From positions 8,796 through 72,795 of the forward strand of contig CAYQTO010000002.1 of assembly GCA_964420455.1 (NCBI GenBank): 64,000 nt of DNA. Reading direction: 5' to 3'. A program made the position numbers and the translations under genes. How positions within the stretch are numbered: position 1 is the first letter of the stretch; each line of letters starts with the position of its first letter. The notes beneath the pieces are model-generated. The model did not search any database. It was not told the DNA's origin and saw only the letters and a program-made list of their open reading frames with translations. Of the stretch, positions 48,912 through 57,486 are shown piece after piece. Source of the stretch: an uncultured Candidatus Sumerlaeota bacterium (lineage in GTDB: Bacteria; Sumerlaeota; Sumerlaeia; SLMS01).

Positions 48912-51041
48912 TCAGGGCGTGGGCGCCGCGAGCCAGTAGTGGGCACTGGTCCAGGCGCCGCGGTGGGGCTCGGGGGTGATTTCGATGGTCCAGGCGGTGC
49001 CGCCGGCCTCGTCGAAGATCGACCCGAGGTCGAGCCGCACGTCGCGGACTGTCTCCGGCACCGGGACGGTGCGCTCCGCCCGGTAGCCGGTCGTGTTCGA
49101 GACGACGGCCACGCGGAGGCGCTCCGCCGCCGGTTCGGCGACGGGCGTTGCCGGGCGCCCGATCCGCATTACCAGCGTGGAGACACCGGCGGGAAAGGTG
49201 GCGGGGGCGAAGTGGAAGGCCTCGCCGCGGACGATGCGGGCGCCCTCCACGGCGGCAAGGGTGCCGGTGGTGGACCCGTCGCTGATCTCGAGACGGACCG
49301 TTGGCGCGAGGGGTTGGGGCCACGCCCGGTGGTTGCCGTCATGGGGTCCGATGGCAAACGTATAGACGGCGGTGCGTTCCGAGGCGAGGTCGGCAACGTC
49401 CACCTCCAGGAGGGCGCGCTCGCCGGGGCTCCCGGGCCACCGGTCGCCCGCGTCCATTGCCCCCCAGTCCACCGGCGTCGCCTCCAGCACGATCCCCGAC
49501 GTGATCGAGGTTCGCGGGATCGAGACGGACCACTCAGGCGCGAGACGGGGAAAGGCGGGGCTCCACCAGTTGGGATAACTGACGAGGAGGCGGGGACGCC
49601 GGTCGGCGGCAAGGCGGGACAGCGCCTCGAGCACCGCTCCCTCGCCATGGGGCGTGGCCCGGGTGAATTCCCCGCTGCCAAGCCCCACCAGGTCGTGCTT
49701 CAGCCCATTGGTGTAGTAGGCGAGGACACCGGCGTCGGTGATGGCGACGGGTTCGCGCTCGGCGGCGAGGGGAAACGTTGCCCGACGCAGCAGGTGGAAG
49801 ATGTCCCGGCTGTTGCGGCCATGCTCCGCCGTCCAGAAGACGAGCGAGGGGAGGGACGCCACGAGGAGCGCGAGGCCGACGGCCTTCAGCGCGGTTTCCT
49901 CGTGTTGCTGGAAGAGCTGGCTCAGGCGCCACAGGCCAACGACCCCGAGGACCACGAGCAGCACCGTGTACGGGGCGAGGTAGCGTTGCTGGTGGATGAA
50001 GGGGAGGCCGCTGGCGGCGACGCTGGCGAGGCCAAGGAGCCAGGCGAGGACGAGCAGGGTGCCGCCGGCGGGTCGGCCGTCGCGGCTTTCCCCCACCACC
50101 AGCATCCCCGCCCCAAACAGACCGGCCACCGCGAGGCCCGGCGCCAGGTAGGGGAGCGACGTGGTCCCCTTGAACGCCGCATAGGCGTCGTCCGGGACGA
50201 GGTTGGCGTGAAAGCGGACGATGCCGGCAAGGGTGTCACCCATGACCGCGAACCGGTCCGCCCAGCCATAATAGGGCGCGGAGGAGAGGCCCTTGATCGT
50301 GAGTCCGGCGGGACGCCAGTCGCCCGTCGCCACCCACAGGATCGCCAGCCAGCCACCCAGCATGAGGAAGCCGAGAAGAAAGAGCGGTGCGGGAATGGCG
50401 GGTGACTGGCGCCCGCGGCGGAGCGCCACCGCCAGCCCGGCGACGGCCAGCAGCACGCCCTCGGGCCGGACCAGCGGCAGGAGCGCCACCGCCGCGAGGG
50501 CCACCAGCCGCCCGTGGGGACGCCCCGCCTGCCACCAGGCATGGGCCCCCAGCACGCCCCCCAGCAGCAGCAGCGTATAGACGCCGGTCTCCATGCCCGA
50601 GAGAAAGTTCCACAGGAGGTGGCCGTTGGCGAGCACCAGGCCACCGGCGATCGCCCCCGGCAGGCAGTGCGACAGGCGCTTGGTCAACTGGTAGGTCCAA
50701 ACCGGCAGCAGCATCCATTGGAGGACACCAAAGGCGAAGGCCGCCGCGGCCCCCCGCACGCCGTCGAAGCCGAGCGCCAGCGCCGGGGAGAGCAGCAGGA
50801 CGTAGAGCGGGCTGGTCATGCCGCCGGAGGGGGCGGCACCCTCCGTATAGACGAGGGGCGAGCCGGCCGCCAGTTGCCGAGCGTACTGGAGATGGATATA
50901 CGAATCGTCGAGCGGGAGCATGAAGTGACCGCCGGCCAGATTCCAGGACACGGCGGCGACGACCACCGCCTGGACGAAGGCCACCAGCGCGAGGCCGACG
51001 AACCACTTGCGGTCGTCCGGATCTGTCTCGAAGGGGAACAC
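48912..51041 (-). CDS. Large polytopic membrane protein with C-terminal periplasmic domain (GT-C-like glycosyltransferase candidate, 709 aa)
   Basis: ORF 48912..51041(-), GTG start. About 13 TM helices then about 290 soluble residues. 89 bp upstream of the GHL10 gene on the same strand. Confidence 0.65.
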   Translation of the reverse strand: MFPFETDPDDRKWFVGLALVAFVQAVVVAAVSWNLAGGHFMLPLDDSYIHLQYARQLAAGSPLVYTEGAAPSGGMTSPLYVLLLSPALALGFDGVRGAAAAFAFGVLQWMLLPVWTYQLTKRLSHCLPGAIAGGLVLANGHLLWNFLSGMETGVYTLLLLGGVLGAHAWWQAGRPHGRLVALAAVALLPLVRPEGVLLAVAGLAVALRRGRQSPAIPAPLFLLGFLMLGGWLAILWVATGDWRPAGLTIKGLSSAPYYGWADRFAVMGDTLAGIVRFHANLVPDDAYAAFKGTTSLPYLAPGLAVAGLFGAGMLVVGESRDGRPAGGTLLVLAWLLGLASVAASGLPFIHQQRYLAPYTVLLVVLGVVGLWRLSQLFQQHEETALKAVGLALLVASLPSLVFWTAEHGRNSRDIFHLLRRATFPLAAEREPVAITDAGVLAYYTNGLKHDLVGLGSGEFTRATPHGEGAVLEALSRLAADRRPRLLVSYPNWWSPAFPRLAPEWSVSIPRTSITSGIVLEATPVDWGAMDAGDRWPGSPGERALLEVDVADLASERTAVYTFAIGPHDGNHRAWPQPLAPTVRLEISDGSTTGTLAAVEGARIVRGEAFHFAPATFPAGVSTLVMRIGRPATPVAEPAAERLRVAVVSNTTGYRAERTVPVPETVRDVRLDLGSIFDEAGGTAWTIEITPEPHRGAWTSAHYWLAAPTP

Positions 51042-51250
51042 GCGGCGGGAGCACCCCGGCGGTTGGAATGCGCCCGAGGCTTTGGGGGGCGTCGCTCAAG
51101 GTCAACGGCCATCGCCGGCCCACGGCTTTCATTGGCAGCAGGGCCCGACCCCCACTAGGAGGAATCGTCAGGAGAAACACCGTGCCCTTTCTGGACCACG
51201 CCGCCACCACCCCCATCGATCCGGAGATCGCGTAGCAGGTCGCCCGCGAC

Positions 51251-52297
51251 ATGGCCGACCCGATGAATGCCTCGTCGGTGCATCGCCATGGCCAGCGTGC
51301 CCGCGCCCTCCTCGAGGAAGCACGCGAGGAGATCGCCGACCTCCTGGGCACCGACCCGGATACGGTTGTCTTCACGTCGAGCGCCACCGAGGCCAACAAC
51401 CTCGCCCTGCGGGGCTACACCCTGAGACAGAACCGCGCCGGCCTTCTCCCAAGGATTCTCACCTCCGACCTCGAGCATGCCTGCATCCGCGAGACAGCCG
51501 CGTGGCTCGGGCGGACGGAGGCCGCCGAAATCATCAGGCTGGCCGTGGGCGAGGACGGCCGGGCCGACCTCCACGGCGCGCCCCCGGCGGACCTTCTTTG
51601 CCTGATGGCGGTCCAGAACGAAACCGGAGTCATCCAGGACGCCACCGCGGCCCGGGCCCACCGCGACGCCCATAGCGGCCTCTGGCTTTGCGACGCCACC
51701 CAGGGGCTCCTGTCGCTCGACGTCTCGCTCCCCTCGCTGGGCGCGGACCTCGTCAGCCTGTCGTCGCATAAGATCCACGGCCCGGCGGGGGTGGGGCTGC
51801 TGGCGGGTCCGGGTATCTGGCAATTGGAACCGCTGCTCACCGGCGGGCCGCAGGAGGGGGAGCTGCGGGCGGGGACCCAACCGGTGGCCCTGATCCGCGG
51901 CTTCGTCGCCGCCGCACGAAAGGCGATTCTTCAGCAAAATCGGCACAGGGAACGGATGGAGCAATTGGAGGCGCTCTTTTTGAGTCACCTTTCCCGCCAC
52001 ACCGGACCATTCTGGATCAATGGGGGCAATCCCCGGGTTCCCGGCTTTCTCAACCTGAGCTTCCCTGGCCTGGCCGGGGCGGATGCGGTCATCGCCCTTG
52101 ATGTGAAAGGCTTTTCGGTCTCCTCCGGGTCCGCCTGCTCCACCGGCGTGGTCCAGAATTCAGCGGCTTTAGCCGTGATGTTCCCTAACATGGAGGACCG
52201 TGTGAGGGGCGGGATCAGAATCGTGTTCGGGCGGGGAACGACGGAGGCGGATGTCATATCGTTATCTGAAGAAATGGCCATGCTCGTCCGTCGGTGA
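51251..52297 (+). CDS. Cysteine desulfurase (NifS/IscS class-V aminotransferase). The ORF as called lacks the conserved N-terminus, which lies upstream of an in-frame TAG.
   Basis: ORF 51251..52297. Collinear with NifS (..TSSATEANN.., SLSSHKIHGPAGVGLL PLP-lysine block, SSGSACS). Upstream in the same frame is GTG 51182 (AGGAG 7 nt upstream) encoding VPFLDHAATTPIDPEIA, then TAG at 51233-51235. Confidence 0.8.
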   Translation: MADPMNASSVHRHGQRARALLEEAREEIADLLGTDPDTVVFTSSATEANNLALRGYTLRQNRAGLLPRILTSDLEHACIRETAAWLGRTEAAEIIRLAVGEDGRADLHGAPPADLLCLMAVQNETGVIQDATAARAHRDAHSGLWLCDATQGLLSLDVSLPSLGADLVSLSSHKIHGPAGVGLLAGPGIWQLEPLLTGGPQEGELRAGTQPVALIRGFVAAARKAILQQNRHRERMEQLEALFLSHLSRHTGPFWINGGNPRVPGFLNLSFPGLAGADAVIALDVKGFSVSSGSACSTGVVQNSAALAVMFPNMEDRVRGGIRIVFGRGTTEADVISLSEEMAMLVRR

Positions 52298-52422
52298 TGA
52301 TCTGGACTCGGGGTTGCTGACGGGGATCCACAAGGCACCAATATTTCTTTCGCTTGCCGAAGGATTTAGGGCTTGCCCCAGAGACCCCGCTCTCCACATT
52401 GTCGACGTTGAGGAATATAAGA

Positions 52423-52794
52423 ATGCCCATGCGTTCTCTCACCCCCCAGATGCGCAGCAAGGTTGCCGAGCGTTTTCGTGCACTCGGCGACGAGACCCGG
52501 CTTCGCCTGCTGGTTCGCCTGTACGAAGGCGAGTGCAATGTTTCCCGCCTGAGCCACGAGCTCGGGGTCGGCCAGGCATCCGTCTCCAAGCACCTGGCGA
52601 CCCTCCGTAACGTCGGATTCCTCAAGGTCCGACGCCAGGGTGCCCAGTCCTTCTACAGCATCTGCGACGACGCCATGTTCGACATCTGCAACCAGATGGC
52701 GGCCGGCGTGTTGCGCCATCACAGCGAGATGAACGAGTCGCTCGGCCTGCGGGGAAAGAAGACCAACGGGCGCACGGTGGAGACCGGGGTGTGA
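52423..52794 (+). CDS. ArsR/SmtB-family metalloregulatory transcriptional repressor
   Basis: Within ORF 52354..52794. ATG 52423 with AGGA 8 nt upstream. wHTH ..LGDETRLRLLVRLYEGECNVSRLSHELGVGQASVSKHLATL. Confidence 0.8.
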   Translation: MPMRSLTPQMRSKVAERFRALGDETRLRLLVRLYEGECNVSRLSHELGVGQASVSKHLATLRNVGFLKVRRQGAQSFYSICDDAMFDICNQMAAGVLRHHSEMNESLGLRGKKTNGRTVETGV

Positions 52795-52857
52795 TCCAGA
52801 GGCCTCTCCCTCGCGGTGCCTGACCGGGCCAATCACTCCCAAGACCGGAGGTGAGCC

Positions 52858-54540
52858 GTGACGGTTCGCAAACTTGTTGTCGTGGGTGGCGTTGCTGGCG
52901 GAGCCAGCTGCGCCGCCCGGGCACGCCGCCTCAGCGAGGATGCCGAGATCGTCCTCGTTGAACGTGGCCCCTTTATTTCCTTCGCCAACTGCGGTCTGCC
53001 TTATCACATCGGCGGGGAAATCCCCGACCGTGGTAAGCTTATCCTTCGCACCCCGGAGGAGCTTAACCGCCAGTTCCGCCTGGACGTCCGGGTTCGCACC
53101 GAGGCGGTGTCGATCGACCGCGAGGCGGCAACGGTCCGCCTCCGAAATCTGGCAACCGGCGAGGAGACCGACGAGTCCTACGATGCCCTGGTGCTTTCCA
53201 CCGGCGCGGCGCCCCTTCGCCCGCCGATCCCGGGAATCGACCAACCGGGCATCTTTTCACTCCGAAACATCCCAGACATGGATGCGATCGGGGCATGGAT
53301 GGACGAGACGGAGGCCCGGCAGGCGGTCGTCGTTGGCGGCGGCTACATCGGGCTCGAAATGGCGGAGCAACTCCATCACCGGGACCTCCGGGTGTCCGTG
53401 GCCGAGGCGCTCCCCCAGATCATGGCCCCCCTCGACCCCGAAATGGCCGCCATCCTCGAGGGCGAACTGCGCCAGCGCGGTATCGACATCCACCTTGGTT
53501 CGAAGGTGGTTGGGTTCGACGGACCCGAGGAGGGCAAGGGCGCGCCGACGGTGGTGCTCGAGAACGGTACCCGCCTGCCCGCGGACATCGTGGTGCTGGG
53601 GCTTGGGGTGCGGCCGGACGTGCCGCTGGCGCGCGAGGCGGGGATCGAACTGGGCGAGCGCGGCGGCATCCGCGTCGATGAATACAACCGCACGAGCGAT
53701 CCGAGGATTTATGCGGTGGGCGATGCGGTGGAGGTCCGCGACGGGGTAACCGGCGAGTGGTGCCTGGTGCCGCTCGCGGGGCCGGCGAACCGCCAGGGCC
53801 GCAACGTCGCCGACACGATCTTCCTTCACCCGACGGCATACCGCGGAACCTTCGGCACGGCGGGGGTGCGCCTCTTTCAATACGTGGCGGCGTGCACCGG
53901 TGCGAACGAGAAGCGCCTGCGGGCCGCGGGAATCCCCCACAAGGCGATCCACCTCCACCCGGGCAACCACGTCGGCTATTACCCCGGTGCCACACCGATC
54001 GCGATGAAGCTTCTCTTCTCGCCGGAGGACGGGCGCGTTCTGGGCGCCCAGGCCGTTGGCCAGGAGGGTGCCGAACGTCGCATCGACGTAATCGCGACCG
54101 CCATCATGGCGGGGATGACGGTCGACGAACTGGCGCACCTGGAACTGGCGTACGCGCCGCCCTTCGGCGCCGCCAAGGACCCCGTCAACATGGCCGGCAT
54201 GGCCGCGCAGAACATCCTCCGAGGCCTGACGGACGTCGTTCACTGGGACGAGGTGGAACTCCTCGATCCGGAGAAGGACTTCCTGCTGGATGTGCGTAAC
54301 GAGGGGGAACTGACCGTCGGCCGCATCCCCGGCGCCGTCCACATTCCCTTCCCGGAACTGCGCGAGCGCCTCGACGAACTGCCGCGCGACAAGCGCATCG
54401 TGGCACACTGCGCCACCGGGCCCCGGTCCTACTTCGTCACCCGGATTCTCAACCAGAACGGTTTCCGGTCGGCGAACCTCAGTGGCAGCTACGTCACCTG
54501 GTCCAAGGCCCCCAAGAAGGTTCCGGCCCCCTCGCCCTAG
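52858..54540 (+). CDS. CoA-disulfide reductase / NADH oxidase family flavoprotein with C-terminal rhodanese domain (CoADR-RHD)
   Basis: 560 aa, GTG start with GGAGG 6 nt upstream. VVVGGVAGGASCA FAD motif. Redox-active FANCGLPYHIGG (Cys). Second Rossmann VVVGGGYIGLE. C-terminal rhodanese with active-site Cys in VAHCATGPRS. Confidence 0.85.
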   Translation: MTVRKLVVVGGVAGGASCAARARRLSEDAEIVLVERGPFISFANCGLPYHIGGEIPDRGKLILRTPEELNRQFRLDVRVRTEAVSIDREAATVRLRNLATGEETDESYDALVLSTGAAPLRPPIPGIDQPGIFSLRNIPDMDAIGAWMDETEARQAVVVGGGYIGLEMAEQLHHRDLRVSVAEALPQIMAPLDPEMAAILEGELRQRGIDIHLGSKVVGFDGPEEGKGAPTVVLENGTRLPADIVVLGLGVRPDVPLAREAGIELGERGGIRVDEYNRTSDPRIYAVGDAVEVRDGVTGEWCLVPLAGPANRQGRNVADTIFLHPTAYRGTFGTAGVRLFQYVAACTGANEKRLRAAGIPHKAIHLHPGNHVGYYPGATPIAMKLLFSPEDGRVLGAQAVGQEGAERRIDVIATAIMAGMTVDELAHLELAYAPPFGAAKDPVNMAGMAAQNILRGLTDVVHWDEVELLDPEKDFLLDVRNEGELTVGRIPGAVHIPFPELRERLDELPRDKRIVAHCATGPRSYFVTRILNQNGFRSANLSGSYVTWSKAPKKVPAPSP

Positions 54541-54645
54541 GGGGGCCGTTGAATCGGCCGGGGTGGTGCCTGCTCAGCCCCGCCCCGGCCGTCCCACCTT
54601 ACCTTTCCTTGATCGGCGGGGTCCTCTCTGGCAGTAGACCCGGCC

Positions 54646-55593
54646 ATGTCGACGAGCGTCCTTCCCCTCCCTTCCCCCACCGCGCCCGAACCCCGCCGGC
54701 TCGAGCGCAACGCCGGCTACCTCGTGGCGGTCCCCGCAGTGACGGCGGTGCTGGTGATTCTGGCGTTGATCCGTCTCCCGCTCCCCCAGGAGCCGCCGCC
54801 CCTCCCCATGAAGGTGGTCGTCCAGCTGGAGGAGCCACCGGAGCCCGAGCCGATGGTGGAGCCAGAGCCCGAGCCCCAACCGGTCGAGGAACCGCCGCCG
54901 ATGCCGGAGGTCGTCGCCACGCGCCCTGATTCGGACGAGCAGGGCGAGGAAATCGTCGATCCGGTGAAGGCGGAGGAGCCGCCCGCCACGCGCGAACTGG
55001 TGCTCGAGCAGCCCCTCGACGAGCCGGTCCCCACGCCGCCAAACATCGTGGACTGGGTGCCCAACGTGGACGAGGCGGAGCAGATCGCCGCACTCCGCGA
55101 GGAACTCAACCAGGCGCGCGAACAGCTTGATGCGAAAGCCAGGGAAGTGCGCGAGTTCGTGATCAAGCAGGAGGTCTCGAGCGCCGCGCGGGACTTCGAG
55201 CTGTCGAGCGATGGGGGGACGGAGGGGGCCATCCGGCTGCTCAACCTCCAGGACCATTTCCCCGAGGCGATTATCGAACAGATCAAGGCGCGTTACGGCA
55301 TCCGCTACGACCATCGGTACACGACGCCGTCTGCGGGCCGGGGTTTCCTGAACGCGGCGACAACGGAGGCGGGAAGCTTCTCGAACACGCAGAGGCCGGG
55401 CTATTACGAGGTGCTGGTGCTTTCGCCCAAGGCCATCCACGCGATGTCGCTGCTCGAGCGCGAGGCGATGCTGGACAAGGGGTTCGAGCCGCGGCGCGAC
55501 CGCGTGCGCAAGGTCGTGTTTGGCATCGTGATGAACCGCCAGGGGGAGTACGACCTGGGCGTGACAGACCTCGAGATCGAGCGGGTACGCTAG
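54646..55593 (+). CDS. Hypothetical membrane-anchored protein with Pro/Glu-rich (TonB-like) linker, 315 aa
   Basis: ORF 54646..55593. N-terminal TM YLVAVPAVTAVLVILALI then EPPEPEPMVEPEPEPQPVEEPPP. The C-terminal domain is unassigned. Confidence 0.55.
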   Translation: MSTSVLPLPSPTAPEPRRLERNAGYLVAVPAVTAVLVILALIRLPLPQEPPPLPMKVVVQLEEPPEPEPMVEPEPEPQPVEEPPPMPEVVATRPDSDEQGEEIVDPVKAEEPPATRELVLEQPLDEPVPTPPNIVDWVPNVDEAEQIAALREELNQAREQLDAKAREVREFVIKQEVSSAARDFELSSDGGTEGAIRLLNLQDHFPEAIIEQIKARYGIRYDHRYTTPSAGRGFLNAATTEAGSFSNTQRPGYYEVLVLSPKAIHAMSLLEREAMLDKGFEPRRDRVRKVVFGIVMNRQGEYDLGVTDLEIERVR

Positions 55594-56636
55594 CGGCGGC
55601 GGGCATCCAGCGCGATGCCCACCGCCAGCGCCACCAGCCATCCCCCCAGCAACCAGACAAGAAGGCTTTCCGCCGACGGCCCGAGATCCACCAGTCCCGC
55701 CCGCGAGGCGAGCCCAAGCGTATAGACAACGTAGCCTGTGAGGAGGAGGGCGCCCTCCAGCCGGCTCACTCGGGTGCCCGTCCAAAAGAGCGGTAACAGC
55801 ACAACGGCGGCGGCGACGACGACGGGAAAGTCCGAACGGAGGGAAATCGCATCGACGGGAAGGCCCCCCTCGCCAGCCAGGAGTGAAGCCGGCCCCAAGA
55901 CCCCCGTCAGGTTGAAGATGTTGCTTCCAACGACATTGCCCACGGCGAGGTCCCGTTCGCCGCGCAAGGCGGCGACCACCGAGGTGGCCGCCTCCGGGAG
56001 CGAGGTCCCCGCCGCCACAATGGTCAGCCCAATCAGCGCGTCCCCCACGCCCGCCATGCGTGCCAGGCCCGCTGCACCCTCCACCAGGGCATGGGCACCA
56101 CCCGCCAGGAGCAACAGCCCCCCGAGCACTTGAAACGCCCCCCAGCTGAGGGAGACCGGCCCCTTCTCGTGCATTTCCTCCTTCTCCTCCGCCCCCCGCC
56201 CCGTCCACATCTGCACAACGGTATACACGACGATCCCGGCCAGCATCGCGATCCCGTCCAGCATCCCGATCGCCCCGTCCGCCGCCAGTGCCCATGCCCC
56301 CAGCGACACGGCCACGAGGATGGGGGCCTCGCGCCGAATGACATCGCGACTGATCGACAGGGGAACGATCACCGCCGAGATGCCAAGGATCACCAGGGTG
56401 TTGAAGAGGTTGCTGCCGAGGACGTTCCCAAGGGCGATTCCCACTTGGCCCCGGAGGGAGGCGACGACGCTCGCCGCGACCTCCGGGGCGCTTGTCCCAT
56501 AGGCCACCACCGTCAGGCCGATGACCAACGGCGAGAGCCCCGCTGCACGGCTCAGCCCGCTGGCCCCACGCACCAGCAGCTCGGCCCCCCACACAAGGAC
56601 CGGCAGTCCCACAAGCAGAAGCAGAACGTCCATCAT
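55590..56636 (-). CDS. Ca2+/Na+ antiporter (CaCA family, YrbG-like)
   Basis: Within ORF 55590..56678(-). ATG 56636 with GGAG 7 nt upstream. Two alpha-repeat motifs GTS.PE and GN..GSN.FN, about 10 TM helices. Confidence 0.8.
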   Translation of the reverse strand: MMDVLLLLVGLPVLVWGAELLVRGASGLSRAAGLSPLVIGLTVVAYGTSAPEVAASVVASLRGQVGIALGNVLGSNLFNTLVILGISAVIVPLSISRDVIRREAPILVAVSLGAWALAADGAIGMLDGIAMLAGIVVYTVVQMWTGRGAEEKEEMHEKGPVSLSWGAFQVLGGLLLLAGGAHALVEGAAGLARMAGVGDALIGLTIVAAGTSLPEAATSVVAALRGERDLAVGNVVGSNIFNLTGVLGPASLLAGEGGLPVDAISLRSDFPVVVAAAVVLLPLFWTGTRVSRLEGALLLTGYVVYTLGLASRAGLVDLGPSAESLLVWLLGGWLVALAVGIALDARRR

Positions 56637-56886
56637 CAAGGCTCCGGTCGGGCGGGGCTTCCTGTTTCTCCTCGCCAATCGGAGGATTGTCGATGGATCG
56701 TCGAAGCGGAATCAATCCTGTCTGCCACCAGCGCAAGGAGGCTTCAAGGACCATGACGAGCCCGGCGGTTCCTTTCCCCCCCGACCAGTACCCCCGCAAT
56801 CCCGAGGGAGTGTGACACCCCCCCGCGACGGCCCCGGGTTTTTGCGCACGCTGACGGGCCTGCTGGCCCAACTGGGGGGGGATCCC

Positions 56887-57486
56887 GTGCGCCGCCAGCT
56901 CGAGGCGCGGGGCATCACCAACCCGCGCCTGCTCCAGGCCTTTCGCCGGCTGCCCCGGTGGCGCTTTGTCCCCGGCGGCGCCCTCAACGCATGGGTCGAC
57001 CATCCGCTCCCTATCGGCGCCGGCCAGACGATCTCGCAACCCTATGTGGTGGCCTACACGCTCCAGGTGGCGGATCCCCAGCCCGGCGACCGCATCCTCG
57101 AGATTGGCACCGGTTCCGGCTACCAGACGGCGCTCCTTGCCCAGCTCAGCCGCGATGTCTATACGATCGAGGTCCATGGCGATCTCCAGCAGCGGGCCCG
57201 CCGGGTACTCGGCTGCCTCGGCCTCACCAACGTTCACTATGCCATTGGCGACGGGCACTTCGGGTGGGACGCAGCCGCGCCGTTCGACCTCATCGTGGGG
57301 AGCGCGGCGGCGACCCGGATCCCGCCCTCCCTCGCGCGCCAGCTCGCCCCGGGCGGTCGCCTCGTCATGCCCGTCGGGCCCGAGGGCGGGAACCAGGAAC
57401 TCCTCCTCATGCGCAAGTCGCCGCAAGGCGTCTATACGGTCGAGAAGCTGATCGAGGTGCGCTTCGTCCCGATGGTCGGCGGCTAG
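56887..57486 (+). CDS. pcm: Protein-L-isoaspartate O-methyltransferase
   Basis: Within ORF 56521..57486. Proposed GTG 56887 with GGGGGG 5 nt upstream. ..VPRW.FVP...AY.D..LPIG.GQTISQPY.VA... and ILEIGTGSGYQTA are PIMT motifs. The upstream part of the ORF overlaps the antiporter gene antisense. Confidence 0.7.
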   Translation: MRRQLEARGITNPRLLQAFRRLPRWRFVPGGALNAWVDHPLPIGAGQTISQPYVVAYTLQVADPQPGDRILEIGTGSGYQTALLAQLSRDVYTIEVHGDLQQRARRVLGCLGLTNVHYAIGDGHFGWDAAAPFDLIVGSAAATRIPPSLARQLAPGGRLVMPVGPEGGNQELLLMRKSPQGVYTVEKLIEVRFVPMVGG

